Origin: an uncultured Bacillota bacterium
GTDB taxonomy: Bacteria; Bacillota; DTU025; MWDF01
Direction of reading: 5' to 3'
Assembly: GCA_963823655.1 (NCBI GenBank)
Contig: CAWGMK010000012.1
Location: 1-64,000 of the forward strand
Length of the DNA stretch: 64,000 bases
The translations under genes and the position numbers were made by a program. The notes below the pieces were generated by a model that searched no databases, had not been told where the DNA came from, and was given only the letters and a program-made list of their open reading frames with translations. Positions 63,566 through 64,000 of the stretch are shown here, piece by piece; position 1 is the stretch's first letter, and every line of letters begins with the position of its first letter.

Positions 63566-64000
63566 ATGGAAGAGATTACTGTCACCAATGAAGGGACGCC
63601 GACCGCCATTTTGGAGCTTAACGAGGAGAACGTAAGGCTTCTGTGGTCCAGGACATACAATACCGAAGGCAAGCCTGACTGGTCGCACCTTTTCCCCTAC
63701 TATCACCCGGATATAATATTCCAGGACAGCGTACAGAGGATTGAGGGGTTCGCCGATTTCTCGGCCATGTGCACGAGGCTTGCCAGTCGGTGCAAGAGCC
63801 TCAGGATGGAGATACTCTCCCTTGTGAAGGAGCGAGACATCATCCTCATGGACTGGAAGATGACAATGGCTTTCAAGAAATTCCCCGACACGCCCATATT
63901 CGGCTCGACTAAGATCACCTTACATGCGGACGGCAGGATAATCGAGCAGCGCGACTACTACGACCTCTGGGGGGACATCTTCAACGGCATCCCGAGATTC
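63566..64000 (+). CDS. SnoaL-like/NTF2-fold protein, runs off the window end
   Basis: Open frame to the end: Y.PDIIFQDS....G, DGRIIEQRDYYDL. Confidence 0.75.
   Translation, partial: MEEITVTNEGTPTAILELNEENVRLLWSRTYNTEGKPDWSHLFPYYHPDIIFQDSVQRIEGFADFSAMCTRLASRCKSLRMEILSLVKERDIILMDWKMTMAFKKFPDTPIFGSTKITLHADGRIIEQRDYYDLWGDIFNGIPRF

Noticed and set aside
1-64000. Integrase gene for the cassette array
   Set aside because: No ORF shows a recognisable tyrosine (R..HxxR..Y) or serine recombinase pattern.

Overview
The window has three parts. (1) 1-35.3 kb looks like Paenibacillaceae DNA (inferred from gene content and RBS style). It is a long run of short, mostly co-oriented accessory genes: GNATs, APH-like kinases, DinB, NUDIX, VanZ, a NADAR remnant, CysC plus an Stf0 sulfotransferase, an AHL-lactonase-like MBL plus MarR, and lipoproteins. 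About 30 copies of one degenerate repeat separate them. A full copy reads site A (ATTNNNCTAAC-GGRAAC-GWTAGYTNAA), a variable GC-rich hairpin, then site B (ATTNAASTAAC-GGGCAG-NATAG). The arms are complementary and co-vary, so a copy can fold like an integron attC site (R''-L''-stem-L'-R'). No integrase gene is in the window, so this looks like an integron-like cassette array in a Gram-positive host. Two group II introns and an IS110 element have a boundary inside this repeat. The intron locus is a nested chimera: class C 5' half, a class D intron inserted at YADD, and a class B 3' half. Inverted Tn7-like ends bracket 19005-34603. An IS701 element, a TniQ/DGQHR remnant and a c-di-GMP riboswitch with a GH5-CBM13 gene also lie here. 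(2) 35.4-51.3 kb holds two Tn1546-like Tn3 right-end remnants and plant-glycan genes (GH127, GH43, GH3, sugar ABC transporter). (3) After an IS200 remnant near 51.9 kb the gene style changes (PEGA, SLH, Ig-like, DUF1295, YjbR, SnoaL), possibly a different source or an assembly join. Many genes carry single frameshifts. All family assignments come from reading motifs by eye; no database search was run.
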